NCBI GenBank assembly: GCA_977018835.1 | Contig: OZ361256.1 | Coordinates: forward strand, 4,712,001-4,776,000 | Reading direction: 5' to 3' | Source: Minutocellus sp. GHC0000111 | Lineage: Eukaryota | Length of the DNA: 64,000 nucleotides | Shown here: piece by piece, positions 1 to 12,100 of the stretch | Position numbering within the stretch: the first letter of the stretch is position 1 | How the letters are laid out: every line of letters starts with the position of its first letter | Position numbers and translations under genes: made by a program | Notes under the pieces: generated by a model | Database searches by the model: none | Seen by the model: only the letters and a program-made list of their open reading frames with translations | What the model was told of the DNA's origin: nothing

Positions 1-42
1 GTGACATTGATGAACAGGTAAAGGTCGCTCTCGGCCTCAACT

Positions 43-1935
43 TTGTTGTTCGGATGGCCAACGATGACATGCTCCGTCCTCCTCGTCCCAATGCAACCGT
101 CACCGAACCAATACCAATTCAGAAAAGAAAAGCAGGCGAATGAAAGAATGCGGTTCAGCGCCGTGGCTCTCGCGGATTGGTGGGGATGCGGCGACCCAAC
201 TCGCACGCATGAAGACCGGCAACAAATTGCAACTGCCGCGTGTCGGCAAGTTGCGCACGATCACGGTTATGCCAAGTCAACCGGTGGTTCTCAGCTTTAC
301 AAGTGGAGAGACCAGCTCTACAAAAGCCTTACTGATGGCATCAGCAATCCCATCGGCAGAAAGGAGGTTCGTGGAAGGAAGGCATGCACGGACATGATCG
401 AGGAGAAGGAGCCAGGATGTCTCCGCGAGCTGTGTCGGCATGCTACTCGGATGAAGGGTGCGATGGCAACCTTTAAGGAGCTAGCTGACTGCATGAGCGC
501 AAAATCAGCTACTCCAGATGAAGATAGGCTGACAATTAGTCTCCATCGTCTTCAGCTTTTTCGCTGGTGGAAAAAGCAAGGCGGTAAGGAGAAGTCGTCG
601 ATCGAGAAGCCGAGGCTGACCCCCGAATGTTGTAGGAAGCGACTTGATTGGATCGAAAAGTGGGAGGACATTACGACCGATCCCAACATTCCTGTAGCGT
701 GTCTTGATGAAAAGTGGTTTTACACTGCTACTCGGCGACGAAAGATCAAGATGTTGCCACTTTCTGACGAAGAACTAAGTGGTCCGAACCTCGCGTCTAT
801 CCATGCTTCCGAGGCAAGCCCGAAAATTCGATCCAGAAGACACCCTGTCAAAGTTATGTGTCTTGGAGTTGTTGGCCGACCAATGAAGGATGAAACCAAA
901 GACGTTGATTTCAATGGGCGCATCATGATCAAGAGAGTCGCCAGGGAGCAGAAGGTGGAAAAGCTTACGCGTAATCAGAATTTCTCTCCAGATGCTAAGG
1001 TCAACGATGCGCTAAAAAATGACAAAGATTGGCGCGACATTTACGACGAGAATGCTGACATGACCGACGGCCATCTTTGCGACCACATTGCCGAAATCTA
1101 CGGCCTTTCTGAGTTTGTTACAGAGCGATTGGAACTTCAATACGAGGACTATAAATCCGACGGTCAGGCAAAAAGTCGCAAGCATGCCGCTGTTGGCTAC
1201 AATCAAAAGATCTCGAGTCTCAAGCGACACACTCCTGATAGCAATGGAGAGAAGGTGAAGGTTGAGATCGACGACCTTGAGCTCGGGGTGCGGTATCAAC
1301 GGGGCGATAAGGTTACCAAGGACTGTAGCTGCGACTCCAAATGGATGTTGGAGACTATGAATGAGGTCGGGAAGGCGATTCGAGACGCACATCATTGGGT
1401 GAAGTGGGATCCACAAAATATTCAGGAGTCTGATGTTGTGTATCTTATGATGGACAATGCCGGCGGTCATGGGTCCAATGAAGCAGTTGAGAAGTACACC
1501 GAGGACCTCAAAAACAAATATAAGATTGAGATAATCCAGCAGGTTCCTCGGTCGCCCGAGACAAATGTTCTTGATCTCGGCATCTGGATGTCTTTGCAGT
1601 CGGCCGTCGAAAAGGAGCATCACGGTCAGAAGAATGATGCGAATGCTCTTGACAAGACTGTGATGAAAGTATGGGCCAATGTCTCATCAAAAGAGGCCTT
1701 TCTCAATGTATTTGGAAAACTTCCAGTGATATATAACAACATCAAGAGAAGTCGTGGCGGTAACAATCTTGTGGAGACCAGACGTGGAAAGGCTGGTCTC
1801 GCAAAAATTGCCGAGGAAGAAGCTGAAGAGGATGGTGAACCACTCTGGCCAATTGATGCTCCCGGCGAAGATGATGACATTGAGGACGACATAGATGAAA
1901 ATGATGAAGACGATGGAGTCATTGATTTGCTATAA
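43..1935 (+). mobile_element. IS630/Tc1/mariner-superfamily transposase (DD39D type), 5' end probably outside the window; partly hypermutated
   Basis: Catalytic motifs LDEKWFY, MMDNAGGH and QVPRSPETNVLDLG with 39 residues between D2 and D3. Many Cys/His sit at positions where Tyr is expected. Left TIR not visible. Confidence 0.85.
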
Positions 1936-2587
1936 CTTATCATAGCATGTCCATTTCTATTCATTACATTTTGATTTGGTGCTTCCAAAAATGTATTTTT
2001 TCCCGGGGTGAGGAATGCAAATGTCGAAAAAAATCATCACATAATGTACATTTATTGGTTCTGGTGCACAATATCTCTCGACTATATGTAGAAGTTGGTG
2101 ACCATAACTTGGTTCTTGCCCCGACTTCCATCTTGGCCGTCATTTATTCCTCGGAGTTAGAAAAAGTGAGCTTGGATTTTTGGTCTGGTGTGGTCGTGTT
2201 TCTAATACGTCATCATCACGTCACTTTCAAATCCTCTGAACTCGAAAGGTACGCATGCATGATTACCATAGCTACTTTGGTGGCTGCTTGCTTTGGTACA
2301 GAACGAATCGCCACCAACGAAACACAGCTCTCCTTTAGTATTGCGGCATCCTAAAGATTGGTCGTGACAGCGACGACTTCGTTCTTCCATGCTGGCCAAG
2401 TTCCGCACACTGGGCGATTCGATTCTTCCAACTCCGCAACAATAGAGGTTCGCAAACATACAAATGGGGCAGAAGACAATAAAGCTCTTTCTCAAAACGC
2501 AGTCAATTTGCTAAACGAAGCGGTCGTCAGCAGTCAGCATTTGAATTTCCTTTCAGTCCACGCCAATTGGTCCGCCTCCCTGGACTC

Positions 2588-4628
2588 ATGTTGCTCACAA
2601 CTACACGCACACGCATTCTATGCGTCGGTGCGGTGCTGATCGCAATAACAGCATCTGCGACAGCACAGCAATCCCCATTTCCGTACCACGACGACAGAAC
2701 ATCCTACACCCTTCGGAAGCAAATATCCGACTTTAACCGTCGGCTTGCAAGGAATGGAGGTGCCCTCGCCCTAGATGAGATGAATCTGTGCGACAAGCAG
2801 ATTGGTTGTGCTGGCATTACATTCATACTTCCACAGATCTCGCCGGAAGACACTGCTGACACAGGCACGGCGGCAGAATTGTTGCAGGTGATGGTCCACA
2901 ATTATCTGCCTCCCAATCTGGACAAGAATACGTTGGTTTCCACCAAAGGTCAGGTGCAAATGCATATCGCAAGGTGGGAGAGGAGACGCAATGGATCAGC
3001 TGAGGCTGCCGGCAGCAACATTTATGACGACGACAATGTCCAACCCGAGAGAAAGGAGGAAAAAGCAGACGCCGATGCTACTTCGTTAGGTGTTCTTGTG
3101 ACATATCAAAGCAAAAAGCCATTCATCTTTCACCGAGGGAGAGTCGTTGCTGACCCCCAGGATGAATATCGTCGCACGGTACCATCGATCGGTTTACAAG
3201 AGGCCAAGAGCAGCTGCCAAGAAGACAAACACTGCGTAGCCTTTTCCTTTCCAATTGCTACGTCGGCGAATCATCTGAATCTGTCTGCTGCTGAAAATGT
3301 AACATTTGTTTCCAAGGTATTGTCGATAGATAGAGATGATGGCGTGTCAGATGAATGGAGAAGCTATATCTCAAACGAACCAGGCGGATATGCAAATAAT
3401 GTCGAGAGTGCTGGTATTGTCATTGACAAAACCGAGCTGGAACGTCCATATGCAACAAAGCATTGCTGCATGAGCAAGGCACCATTACCGACTCCTGAAG
3501 ACATTGCGCTTGTGGATGAGCTTCCAAGAGTCAGCTGCAATCTGACCAAGGAAGAATTCCGGGAGCGGTACGAAACTCCAAGGCTGCCCGTTGCATTAGT
3601 TGGGTGCGACAAGAAGTGGCGCGCAACAAAAGTCTGGACCAAGGAGAAGCTCCTCAAGCGATTTGCAAATGATACTACTTTTGTGGGAAAGTTCCACAAT
3701 CGACGGATGGATTTGAACAACTTCGAGACTTGGGGATGGGTAAAGGATGCAATGGCAAAGGGTGACGACTACTATATTTTCGATAGTTTGATTGCACATC
3801 CAGAGGCGGCGAAGCTGAAGAATGATTTCACCCTGCCCGGCCCTATTGAGAATATATACGACAATTTTGATGATTTCTCGCCAGGATATGGGCCTTCGAG
3901 GTGGTGGACATCGGGGCAGACCGGAAGTGGAACATGGCCGCACATGGATCCAATTGGAGCCGATGCCTGGAACTATGTCAGCTCGGGTTCCAAGTGGTGG
4001 ATTATTTATCCTCTCGGAGAAGAAGCGTCCTACGGTGACCTCTATTGCGATGATAAATGCTCGGGTGAGCTTTGGAACACGCCCCATTGGTTTGCAAATG
4101 TCGGCGCAACGGCAAGCTTGAATGAGTATGATGGGATGAAGCCCAGCAAGCGACCATTGCACGTACTGCAGCGCCCCGGCGAGGTGTTGTATATACCAAA
4201 CAAAGCAGTCCACGCAGTCTACAACTTGGAACCTACGGTTGCAGTGGCTGCTCACTTTGCCTCCACGCAAAATTGCAGGCTGTCTGGGATACGATCGTTT
4301 CTCTAGGGAGCGACAAGCACTGGACACAGGCGTATTATGGGGGCATTTTATCAAAAGAACAACGGCAAATAGTGCGAAGAGCTTGTGGTGCGAATTGGCC
4401 ACCAAAAGCTGGATGGATGTACTTTTATGAAGGGCCCTTTTGCCAGCCGAGAAGCGAAAGAGAAACAAAGATCTCAAGAAGAAACAGAAGAAGAAGCAGG
4501 ATATGTACGACGATGACGATCGATATGATGACGACGATCGATTTGATGACGATTATGAGGACCGCCACATGTACGACGATGACGGTTTCTTTCTCGAAGA
4601 GGACGATGACAATGTTGCTACTTCTTAA
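2588..4628 (+). CDS. JmjC-domain (JMJD6/cupin-like) protein with N-terminal signal/TM segment; two apparent 1-nt frameshifts (~4270, ~4440)
   Basis: Motifs PVALVG..W.A...W, GTWPHMDP (HxD), GSKWWI and QRPGEVLYIP...HAVYNL. The sequence continues in other frames (QAVWDTIV..., then an acidic tail). Confidence 0.75.
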
Positions 4629-4730
4629 ATTTAGAAGCCCCCCCCCCAACTTTAAAGTATGCAATACTAACTCTAACGAAGAAATCATATTCAGGTATTG
4701 TGTCTCCTTGCATAGCCATACAAGCCATCT

Positions 4731-5866
4731 CTAAACAAAAACTAGGTTCTCAAGGAAGCGCAGCTGTTCTAACGGTGCGAGATCACCGCTGGTGTCTTCG
4801 TCAAACAACTCATAGAGCCTGACCTCTAATTTCAGATCCCAGTAACACTGCCACTCTTTTCCACACGAACATTTTAGAAACTTCTCTAGTGGAGGAGGTT
4901 GATATAACAATCCTTTGCCGTACCTATCAAATACGGTTTCATCGTATCGCCAAATGTCAGCCCTTTCTCCGTCGCAGCCTCCCTTTTTTACCTTCAAGGC
5001 ACACCCCAATCCCAAACGATACCTATCATCACTCCCAAGATCATCCAGTATTCCTGCTGCGTAGTCAAACGTCTGATGATCTGGAAAATACCACGAGTCA
5101 ACGTGTGGACCGCCACCAATATCCGCCCCCTGATTGTGCGCGTACAGGGTAGCCTGTCCTCCCGTCCCTTTGTCGACAACGGTGATACCAATTCCAAACG
5201 AGTCAAAGGGAAAATATGCCATTTCGTCACCGCCGCGGAATAGCAAATCAATATTTTTTTGTCATGACCGCCGAACGAAACGTTTTTGCCATCCAACAAC
5301 CGAGAAACAACTTTAGTTCGTGTTTTATTGTTCTGCAGTAAGTTCTTGGAATTGCACAGAGTCAGATCCACCTGAAACCAATATGCCGACAAGGGCTTGG
5401 GGTTAGGACTAGGTGTCTTCACACGATGGCGATTGCGCTGCAGCATGCAAGCCCGCTGAAATTGTTGCTTCCAGTACTTGGATGGAGAGGGGATGTTGAG
5501 TGCTGCGGCGTTCAGACGAGAGCGCTTCGCTGCTCTTTGTGGTTCATCGTCAGCGGAGCTGCACTTGCTCTTTCCACCGATATCATCCGGCAGTGCCCTG
5601 GTAATTGTTTCTACTGTTGGATGGTACTTGCGAATCAGAGATAACCAGAGGCCAACGTCACACTCACGCCTCCCATTTTCCCGGCTCCCGAGGGCCCCCT
5701 CCGGTCTTTGTGCCGCCGTCATGCGGAGCACGGCGTGCCATTCTTTTGATACCCTGGCCACCAACGAAACATTGCCAATGTCCAGAAAAGCAAACGCTCT
5801 GGTTAGAGCGTCGAGACTGAGCCCTCCCGGGATTGAGGCAGCAGGCTTACTGGGCGTCTTCATCAT
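4731..5866 (-). CDS. F-box-like protein, frameshifted near 5250
   Basis: N-terminal LSLDALTRAFAFLDIGNVSLVARVSKEWH resembles an F-box. ORFs 4994-5866 and 4731-5246 overlap at a T homopolymer. Confidence 0.55.
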
Positions 5867-5899
5867 TAAATTATTTGTGATGTGCTGGTTTGCTGGCCT

Positions 5900-5928
5900 C
5901 CTACTAGCTAGTAGTACTAGCTAGTAGG
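5900..5928. repeat. TA/CTAG-rich palindrome (14-bp arms, 1-nt centre) upstream of the F-box gene
   Basis: cctactagctagta-g-tactagctagtagg. Confidence 0.85.
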
Positions 5929-6499
5929 CTAGTATCCGTCCTGCGGCGCAAGTTGTGTTGGCCCTAACACAGTCGAGCGAGTCTACTTTGAATAGAAAGC
6001 CGTCACTTCTTCCACGTAAGATCAGAAACACGACCAACAGAAAAGCATGAGAAAAACACACCACGGTGCGAACACCACGTCACGCATTCCTGCCCCTTCT
6101 TACAAAGAACGCTTCTCAATGACGTGGCAAAAACTGCCTTGAACCCGGCCCCTCGGCAATCACAGCCCACACCAAGGCAGACGGGACAATAAGGTTCCAC
6201 AAGTCCTTTCGTCAAACATCACCCGCACCCTTGCCCGCACCAACCCATCAACTGCCGGCCTGCCCGATGCCGCCGCCACAGAAGTGCTCATTCTTTAAGC
6301 AGGCGAGAGAGGGTGAGTCGATGACTTAGTGATGGTGGCATCTTTTCTCCTCTCCTCGGTTGGCGTCATGTCACCGGCCGGGAGACAAATGCACATCATG
6401 CGGCCTGGCGTTTTTTCATGGACATGTCGCAACTTCGTCACAGATCGGCGGAGCTTTGGTTGGTCGGAAAGCTCCTTGATCCTGACGGAAGACATGCGT

Positions 6500-7666
6500 C
6501 TGTCGCTTCTAGTTGCAATGCATCTGTGCCGGATAGCATCTCATCTCCTTCCTTTGCGCTTTTTCATTCACACCGGCATGCTGTGGCACAATCAGCATTC
6601 TTCGCATTAGCTTGTCTGCATCTGCTGGTGTTGGGTGTCCTGACCGAAGCCTTCCCAGCATGCTGACGAGTTCAACCTGATCTGACTTTTGACGCTTGAT
6701 TGTCTTGAGTTCCATGCACTCTTCAGATGTGTCGAGAAAAAGCTGTGCTCCTGATGCAGCAACTCCAGTTTGCGCCTTTGTGAGTGTGAAGGCTGCCCTC
6801 CAACTGTGTCAAATGCTCCCTTTTGTGTGTTTGTTGGTGGGGGCAGCTGGTAGTCATCCCCCACAAGCAGAAAGATGGGCACCCCCCCGAACAGCTCTCC
6901 TTCGTGGCCTCCTCCATGAGCAGTTGCTGCAAGATTCCTCTCAGCAGCCCCAAGGTTGTCTGCTGTGCACATGCTCCTTTCATCTCAAGCACGTAAAAAC
7001 AACTGCCACTCTGTTGTCTTTCATCATTGTCTCTCTTTGCTTTTCTGAAGGGAAAGACGATGGAGAGTGAGGGTTTATTCCAAACTTTCTGTGCATTGTC
7101 TGTCCTCCCACTGACCATGCTGCTGCACCGGTGGGGCCAACCACATGGATGACGTTTTTCTCTCCTAAAACCTCCCTCACTGTGTTCACCAAGAATTTAA
7201 TGAAGAAGCTCTTGCCTGATCCTGCGCAGCCTTGCACCGTCAAGTAGAGTGGCTTGAAAGACCTGGCTTTGTTGACATCACTTGAAGTGGCGCACTCCAC
7301 CCACTCCTTGACCTTGCTCATCACTGTCAGAAGCAACTCCTGCTGGTCATTTTTCACCATTGACGCATCAATTGCCATGGGCTTTCCATCTGCTTCAGTG
7401 GTAAAAGGCAGGCAGGTGTGTCCACTCTGTTGCATCTTTTGAGCTGACTGCTTCTTCTAGCCAGGACCCCCCTTCAAGCATGGCGTCTCTCTTGCAGGGA
7501 ACATTCTCTGAGACCAGTCATAGTTTAGCCCTCTGTCAAACTTGAAGTCCCCAATGGTCACTCCTGGGTCGTTGCTGACTGCATTGGTTTTGACCAAGTT
7601 GAGGTGTCTCTGGTTTCATCATCCATGTCTCCGTGAGCCTCGTAGTCACAGCATTCTTCATCTTCT
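6500..7666 (-). pseudogene. Helitron PIF1-like SF1 helicase remnant (motifs I-IV), frameshifted and truncated
   Basis: LTVQGCAGSGKSFFIK (Walker A), VVGPTGAAA..VGGQTMH (Ia), FGGVPIFLLVGDDYQLPP (III), ELKTIKRQ (IV). Confidence 0.85.
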
Positions 7667-7862
7667 TGCTAAGAGGTCCTAAAGCTAAGCTAGATAGATA
7701 TAGCTAGTAGAGGTTAATAGGACCTACGTAGATGAAAAATGGGCCATCGGAGATGTCGTTGGCCCATGGATCAACGGTCAGGAGAGGGCACTGAGTCAGT
7801 GGTCTGATCACCGTACGTACCGTACGTATGTATACGTACATACGTATCCCACGGCATCAACA
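7667..7862 (-). repeat. 3' LTR (196 bp)
   Basis: tgctaagagg...tcaaca; direct repeat of 13681-13878. Confidence 0.97.
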
Positions 7863-7875
7863 CACCCTCCTCGCA
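7863..7875 (-). promoter_or_regulatory. Polypurine tract
   Basis: Minus strand TGCGAGGAGGGTG lies immediately before the 3' LTR. Confidence 0.75.
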
Positions 7876-7913
7876 GATCAATGACTAGTGCCATTGAATC
7901 TACATGTAGAGTC

Positions 7914-10900
7914 CTAATTGGAATCTACATGTAAGTAGACTGGTCGCATGTCGACATGGTAGCGGGCGGGATGGTGCTTTGTAAAATAATCGGCCAAATT
8001 TTGCGCTCCTTTCCGCCAGTGCCTAGGTGCACCTGGATGGAGTTGTCGTTGCTCTGTGCGATCTTGGACCCAGTAGAATCTCATGTCCATAGCCTTAGAC
8101 CGTCTTTGCTTGACGGTTTTATTGGCGATTCCAGATGCTGTAGAGTTGTCAACGACGATAGCAGTAGGGGGCTGCGTGTGACCCATTTCTTCTAGTGCTG
8201 CCCGGATTGGTGCTGCATGCATCTTTCTTTCATGTTGAAAACAATCCTCCCAATTCGGCTTAAGCGGCTGGCTGAGGACATTACATGCTTGATGATATTG
8301 GCATTGACGAGGATGGCTCCATTCATTGGTGGCATGGGATCACTTGAGTCAGGCTGGCGGTGCGGGTCCTTAGGTCGGGAGCTTAGGTAGAAGCACCCTC
8401 CGAGCTTGCTTCTTGATTTCGGGGCTGACAAGCAGGAGGCGTCGCTATGTACATGTAGGATCATGTCTGACTTGACGTATCGAATGACTGCGTCGGGATG
8501 GGTTGCAAGGTAATCTAGAAGCTTCTTGGCATCTTGTCGAGTGCGCTCGGCAGCTTTGGATTGTTCCGCTGAGATGCTGTTGAGCGCCGGTAAAATTGTT
8601 GAATCAATTGCTCGACCACAGCACAAGGAGCTGCCCACCACCTGTTGAATTTTGTTGATGCCTTTGGCGTCGAGTGGTGGTGAGTCGTCTTCCGGTTCTG
8701 GCAGCTGGGGTCCCGGGCCATACGTCGGACGATTCCATCGATATGGCGCATGCTCGGGCCGTGAGGGTCGGTCGTGTTGGAACTTGTGGCGCATCTCCTT
8801 GACGTAGTTAGGCACAGATAGATCCACCCATTTGGCCTCGTAGTTCCACTCGAGTTGAACACCACAATAAAGTCGGCCTTCCCAATCGGTAGTGATCTTA
8901 TACTTGGAGTTGAGGGCCTGAATGAGATGGTCTGCATGCTCTTTCCCGACATGCTTTACTCCAAAATCGTCAACGGTTAGGCAAAAGGTAATTGGGCGGG
9001 TTTTGTGCCTCCAAAGGCCGGCAGTGCGCTTGCAAGGGAAATAGCCATGGGGTTTGAGATGCTTGACAAGTTGATCGTAGGCTAGGCGCCCTGCCTGGGG
9101 TAATCCACACATTCCGCCATCGATTCTGACCAATACTCGACCATTCTTTACTTTGTCGTGGAGGTCGTAGGCTTCCATGACTTCGTCGGGGATGAGAGCT
9201 ACTGGCGCCCACATCCATTCTGGCTCTGGCATGGTGCTATTGAGACAGAAGTCACTGATATCAATTCCCATGAAACGAGCGTTGTCTGTAGAGATGACGC
9301 TGTTGAAAAGTAACTTTGCAGTCAACATTTCAGCGGTCGGGGTCGAGACTGTACCAGGGTAATGAATTTTGTCGCCTCCTGCAGTCCATCGAACTCGATT
9401 GGGATTTGGTTTATGGGAGCGATAGTCGGCGACAATGCGGAGGTATGTGGCTTTTTCCCCCCGAGGCAGTTCGGACCAGTGGACGAAAGCCATTGTATTG
9501 GAGGGAATGCTAGCACTGTTTCCAACTCGGCCGTCCGTTAGCCGTCCAATTTCATCGATGTTTGCTTGAATGAATTGGTCCCTCATGTTCGTTTTGAGGA
9601 GGTTGCGGTATTCAAGCATTGCACCAGTATCGGGATGGACGACGGCGTTAGCAAAGTGTTGGAGGTTTGGTAAAGGCGAGAAAGCTGCCATGTTGGCCAC
9701 GTGGTGGGTACTACGACGAGATGATGGCCGTGGGGGAGGGTTCCGATGTGGAATGTACCCTCGCTGACGGTATGATCGTCGTCGAGGTGGTTTGGCGGTC
9801 GATGGTTTGGACTTGCTTGTCGATTTTGCTGGAGCTGGTAATGTTGGAGTGGTATCGATCGTTGGAGACTTGCGTTTACGTTGCCGACGGGAGGTGGGGG
9901 CATTGGAACTTTGATTGGATGTTACGACGGTTGCATCGTCGTCATGATTATCATCATCGTCGCCGTTGGGCTCGTCTACTGCAGCCAAAGGATTGTAGTA
10001 GTTGGAAGAAACTGACGAGCGAGGTGGCGCGTTGGATCGACGTGATCGACGGCTTTTAGTGGTGGCTGCATCATATGTGGAGGATTTTGCCACCCTCGGA
10101 GGTTGCTGGGGCTGGGGTAACGGAGCGTTGGGGTTGGAGACAAGGTGACGGCCTACTTCAGTCTCGTTCATCTCTTCTACGTCGTCGTCCTCGTATTTGA
10201 TTTTGTAGTACTTATACTTCTTGTCAAATGCAACGACTCTACCCTTGTAATTGCGATCTCCAAACACTTTGGCGACGATGGTACCGAGGCGGAATCGTTG
10301 GGAGTCGTCATCGTTCTCCAGCACCCTCGGAGCTGCGGTTGTCTGCATCGTCTCATCAGAGGCGGAGGTGGCAGATTCTGCTGGGGTCACGCTGTTGAAA
10401 ATCTCGGAGAGCTTTTCTAAAGCTTGACGATGCTCGTCTCGAAGGGGAGCAAGGGGTGCCGCTGGATGTGGATTCTGTAGAGCGTGCAGGAGTTCATGAG
10501 CTGCGACTATTGCTGCATCGGCCGACGACGTTTTGGGCACCGGAATCATTTTGGGGAGCCAGACGAGTGTGTTACCAGTGCGTTCCGCCCGAGTTTCCTC
10601 AATCCAAACCTTGTAACACCGGTAGTGTTCCATGGCTGGACCGACATAGTACCCATCAACGCCATGCGGGGACCAAGAGCCGCGTGCCGAGGGCATCTCG
10701 TGAAAGATGACCTTGCATCCGAGGGGGCCGAGAGGCGTGCGATTGAAATCAAAGCCGCCATTGAGTTGCTCGTACGCTGATAGTCGAGGGTTGACTCGGG
10801 ATGCTCTCAGGAAATTGAGGGTCATTACCGCCTGCTCCAGCAATTTATCCCACAAGATGAGGGGAAAGTCGGGATCGGTACCACAGAGAATCGCAATGAA

Positions 10901-12100
10901 ATGATTCTTAAAGGTTCGAATGGCTCGTTCGGCCGCATTTCGGCGGTGGGAGTGCGTTGGGGTCAATTGAAAATCTACATCCTTTTCTTCCATGAACTCC
11001 TTCAGCTCTCGACTCACTTCATTATCCAATCGTTGCAATTTTGGGCGAAATCCTCGCTTGGAGAGGTATTCGAAAATAGTTTGGTACGCTCGGCGCATTT
11101 CCGTTCCCGATCGGCTTTTCATTGGTTCGGCCAAGATGCTGTTGGAGTCATAGTCATAGACGACCATTATGTACTGGTGGCCAGAAATAGACGATACCAA
11201 GAAACGGCCGGGCTGATCTGAGAAGATCTGGCCCGTTATGTCATGACAATCAGCAAAGACATAGTTGGTGCGCTGTTGGTGTTGTGCCGGGTGGAGATCC
11301 TGCTCGGTTTCGTCCACCCCAGGGAGAGATTTTGGCGTAGCCATCGACCGTTTGGGCTTGGTCGACCTGATGTTCTTGCGCTGCTGGTCTAAGTGACCTT
11401 TAATCATCGGTATCGACTGTGGCATGTGCTTACGTACAAGCTTCGATGTGAGGCCTGGCCAAGATCTATAAAATCCCGCATCGATTGCTTTGCACCAGGT
11501 AGATAGCTGAGGACTGCCAGCGCACCAATCCGGAACCGTCTCCTGGGCAATTGCGGCGTTGGCAGCATATTGGATGACGTTGGGGCCGGGGAGCGGCGAC
11601 ATGGTGGGCGAGCAATTAAGATCTACCATCCACAATTTCGTTGAGGGGTCTCGTTTACCTTGCAAAATGACGGTATTGTCCTTGGCGATGACTACCGAAT
11701 CCTTATCGAAAGTGGCAATACATCCATCGTCACACAGCTGCCCAATCGATAGGAGCGATGATGCCATATTATTGAAAATATAGGCCTTGCTAGCCGATGG
11801 GGAAACCCCAGGGAGGCGAAGCGTGGCCTCGTGGGTGTTCGTCATTGTGCTATTATCCGGAAGGGTGACGCTGATAGGAATTGCTGTCTGTTGGACGTTG
11901 AAAATAGGGCCATCGTACGATAGGTATTGGGGCTTCTGGACAAAATGTCCCGTCGTTCCAGTATCTGCTGCGAGGACGATTGGCTCTTGAGTTGGAGGTT
12001 TGCTTTTTGACGTAAGAAAAGCTAACGAAGGCGGGGAGGAGGTGGATTCAGATATACTATCCTCTATTTTATACTGATTAATATCCACCGTCCCTCCCGC
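7914..12100 (-). pseudogene. Copia pol (protease, integrase, Tudor-like domain, RT, RNase H); frameshifted in RNase H near 8230-8270
   Basis: ADTGTTGHF (protease), GHLDQQR, RLDNE and NAAERAIRTFKNH (integrase), VDDFGVK (RT), HSDAS and KAMDMRFYWV...NLADYFTKHH (RNase H). Confidence 0.93.

Noticed and set aside
2090..2251. Possible right TIR of the first mariner-like element
   Set aside because: The left end is outside the window, so no inverted partner can be verified.
5929..5971. CTAG plus hairpin tgtgttgg-cc-ctaacaca as the Helitron 3' end
   Set aside because: Spacing is atypical, the helicase is truncated, CTAG is abundant locally and the site overlaps the F-box promoter; not supportable without other copies.
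8015..8040. Short near-palindromic insertion in Copia RNase H as a transposon footprint
   Set aside because: Too short to assign an origin without the family consensus.
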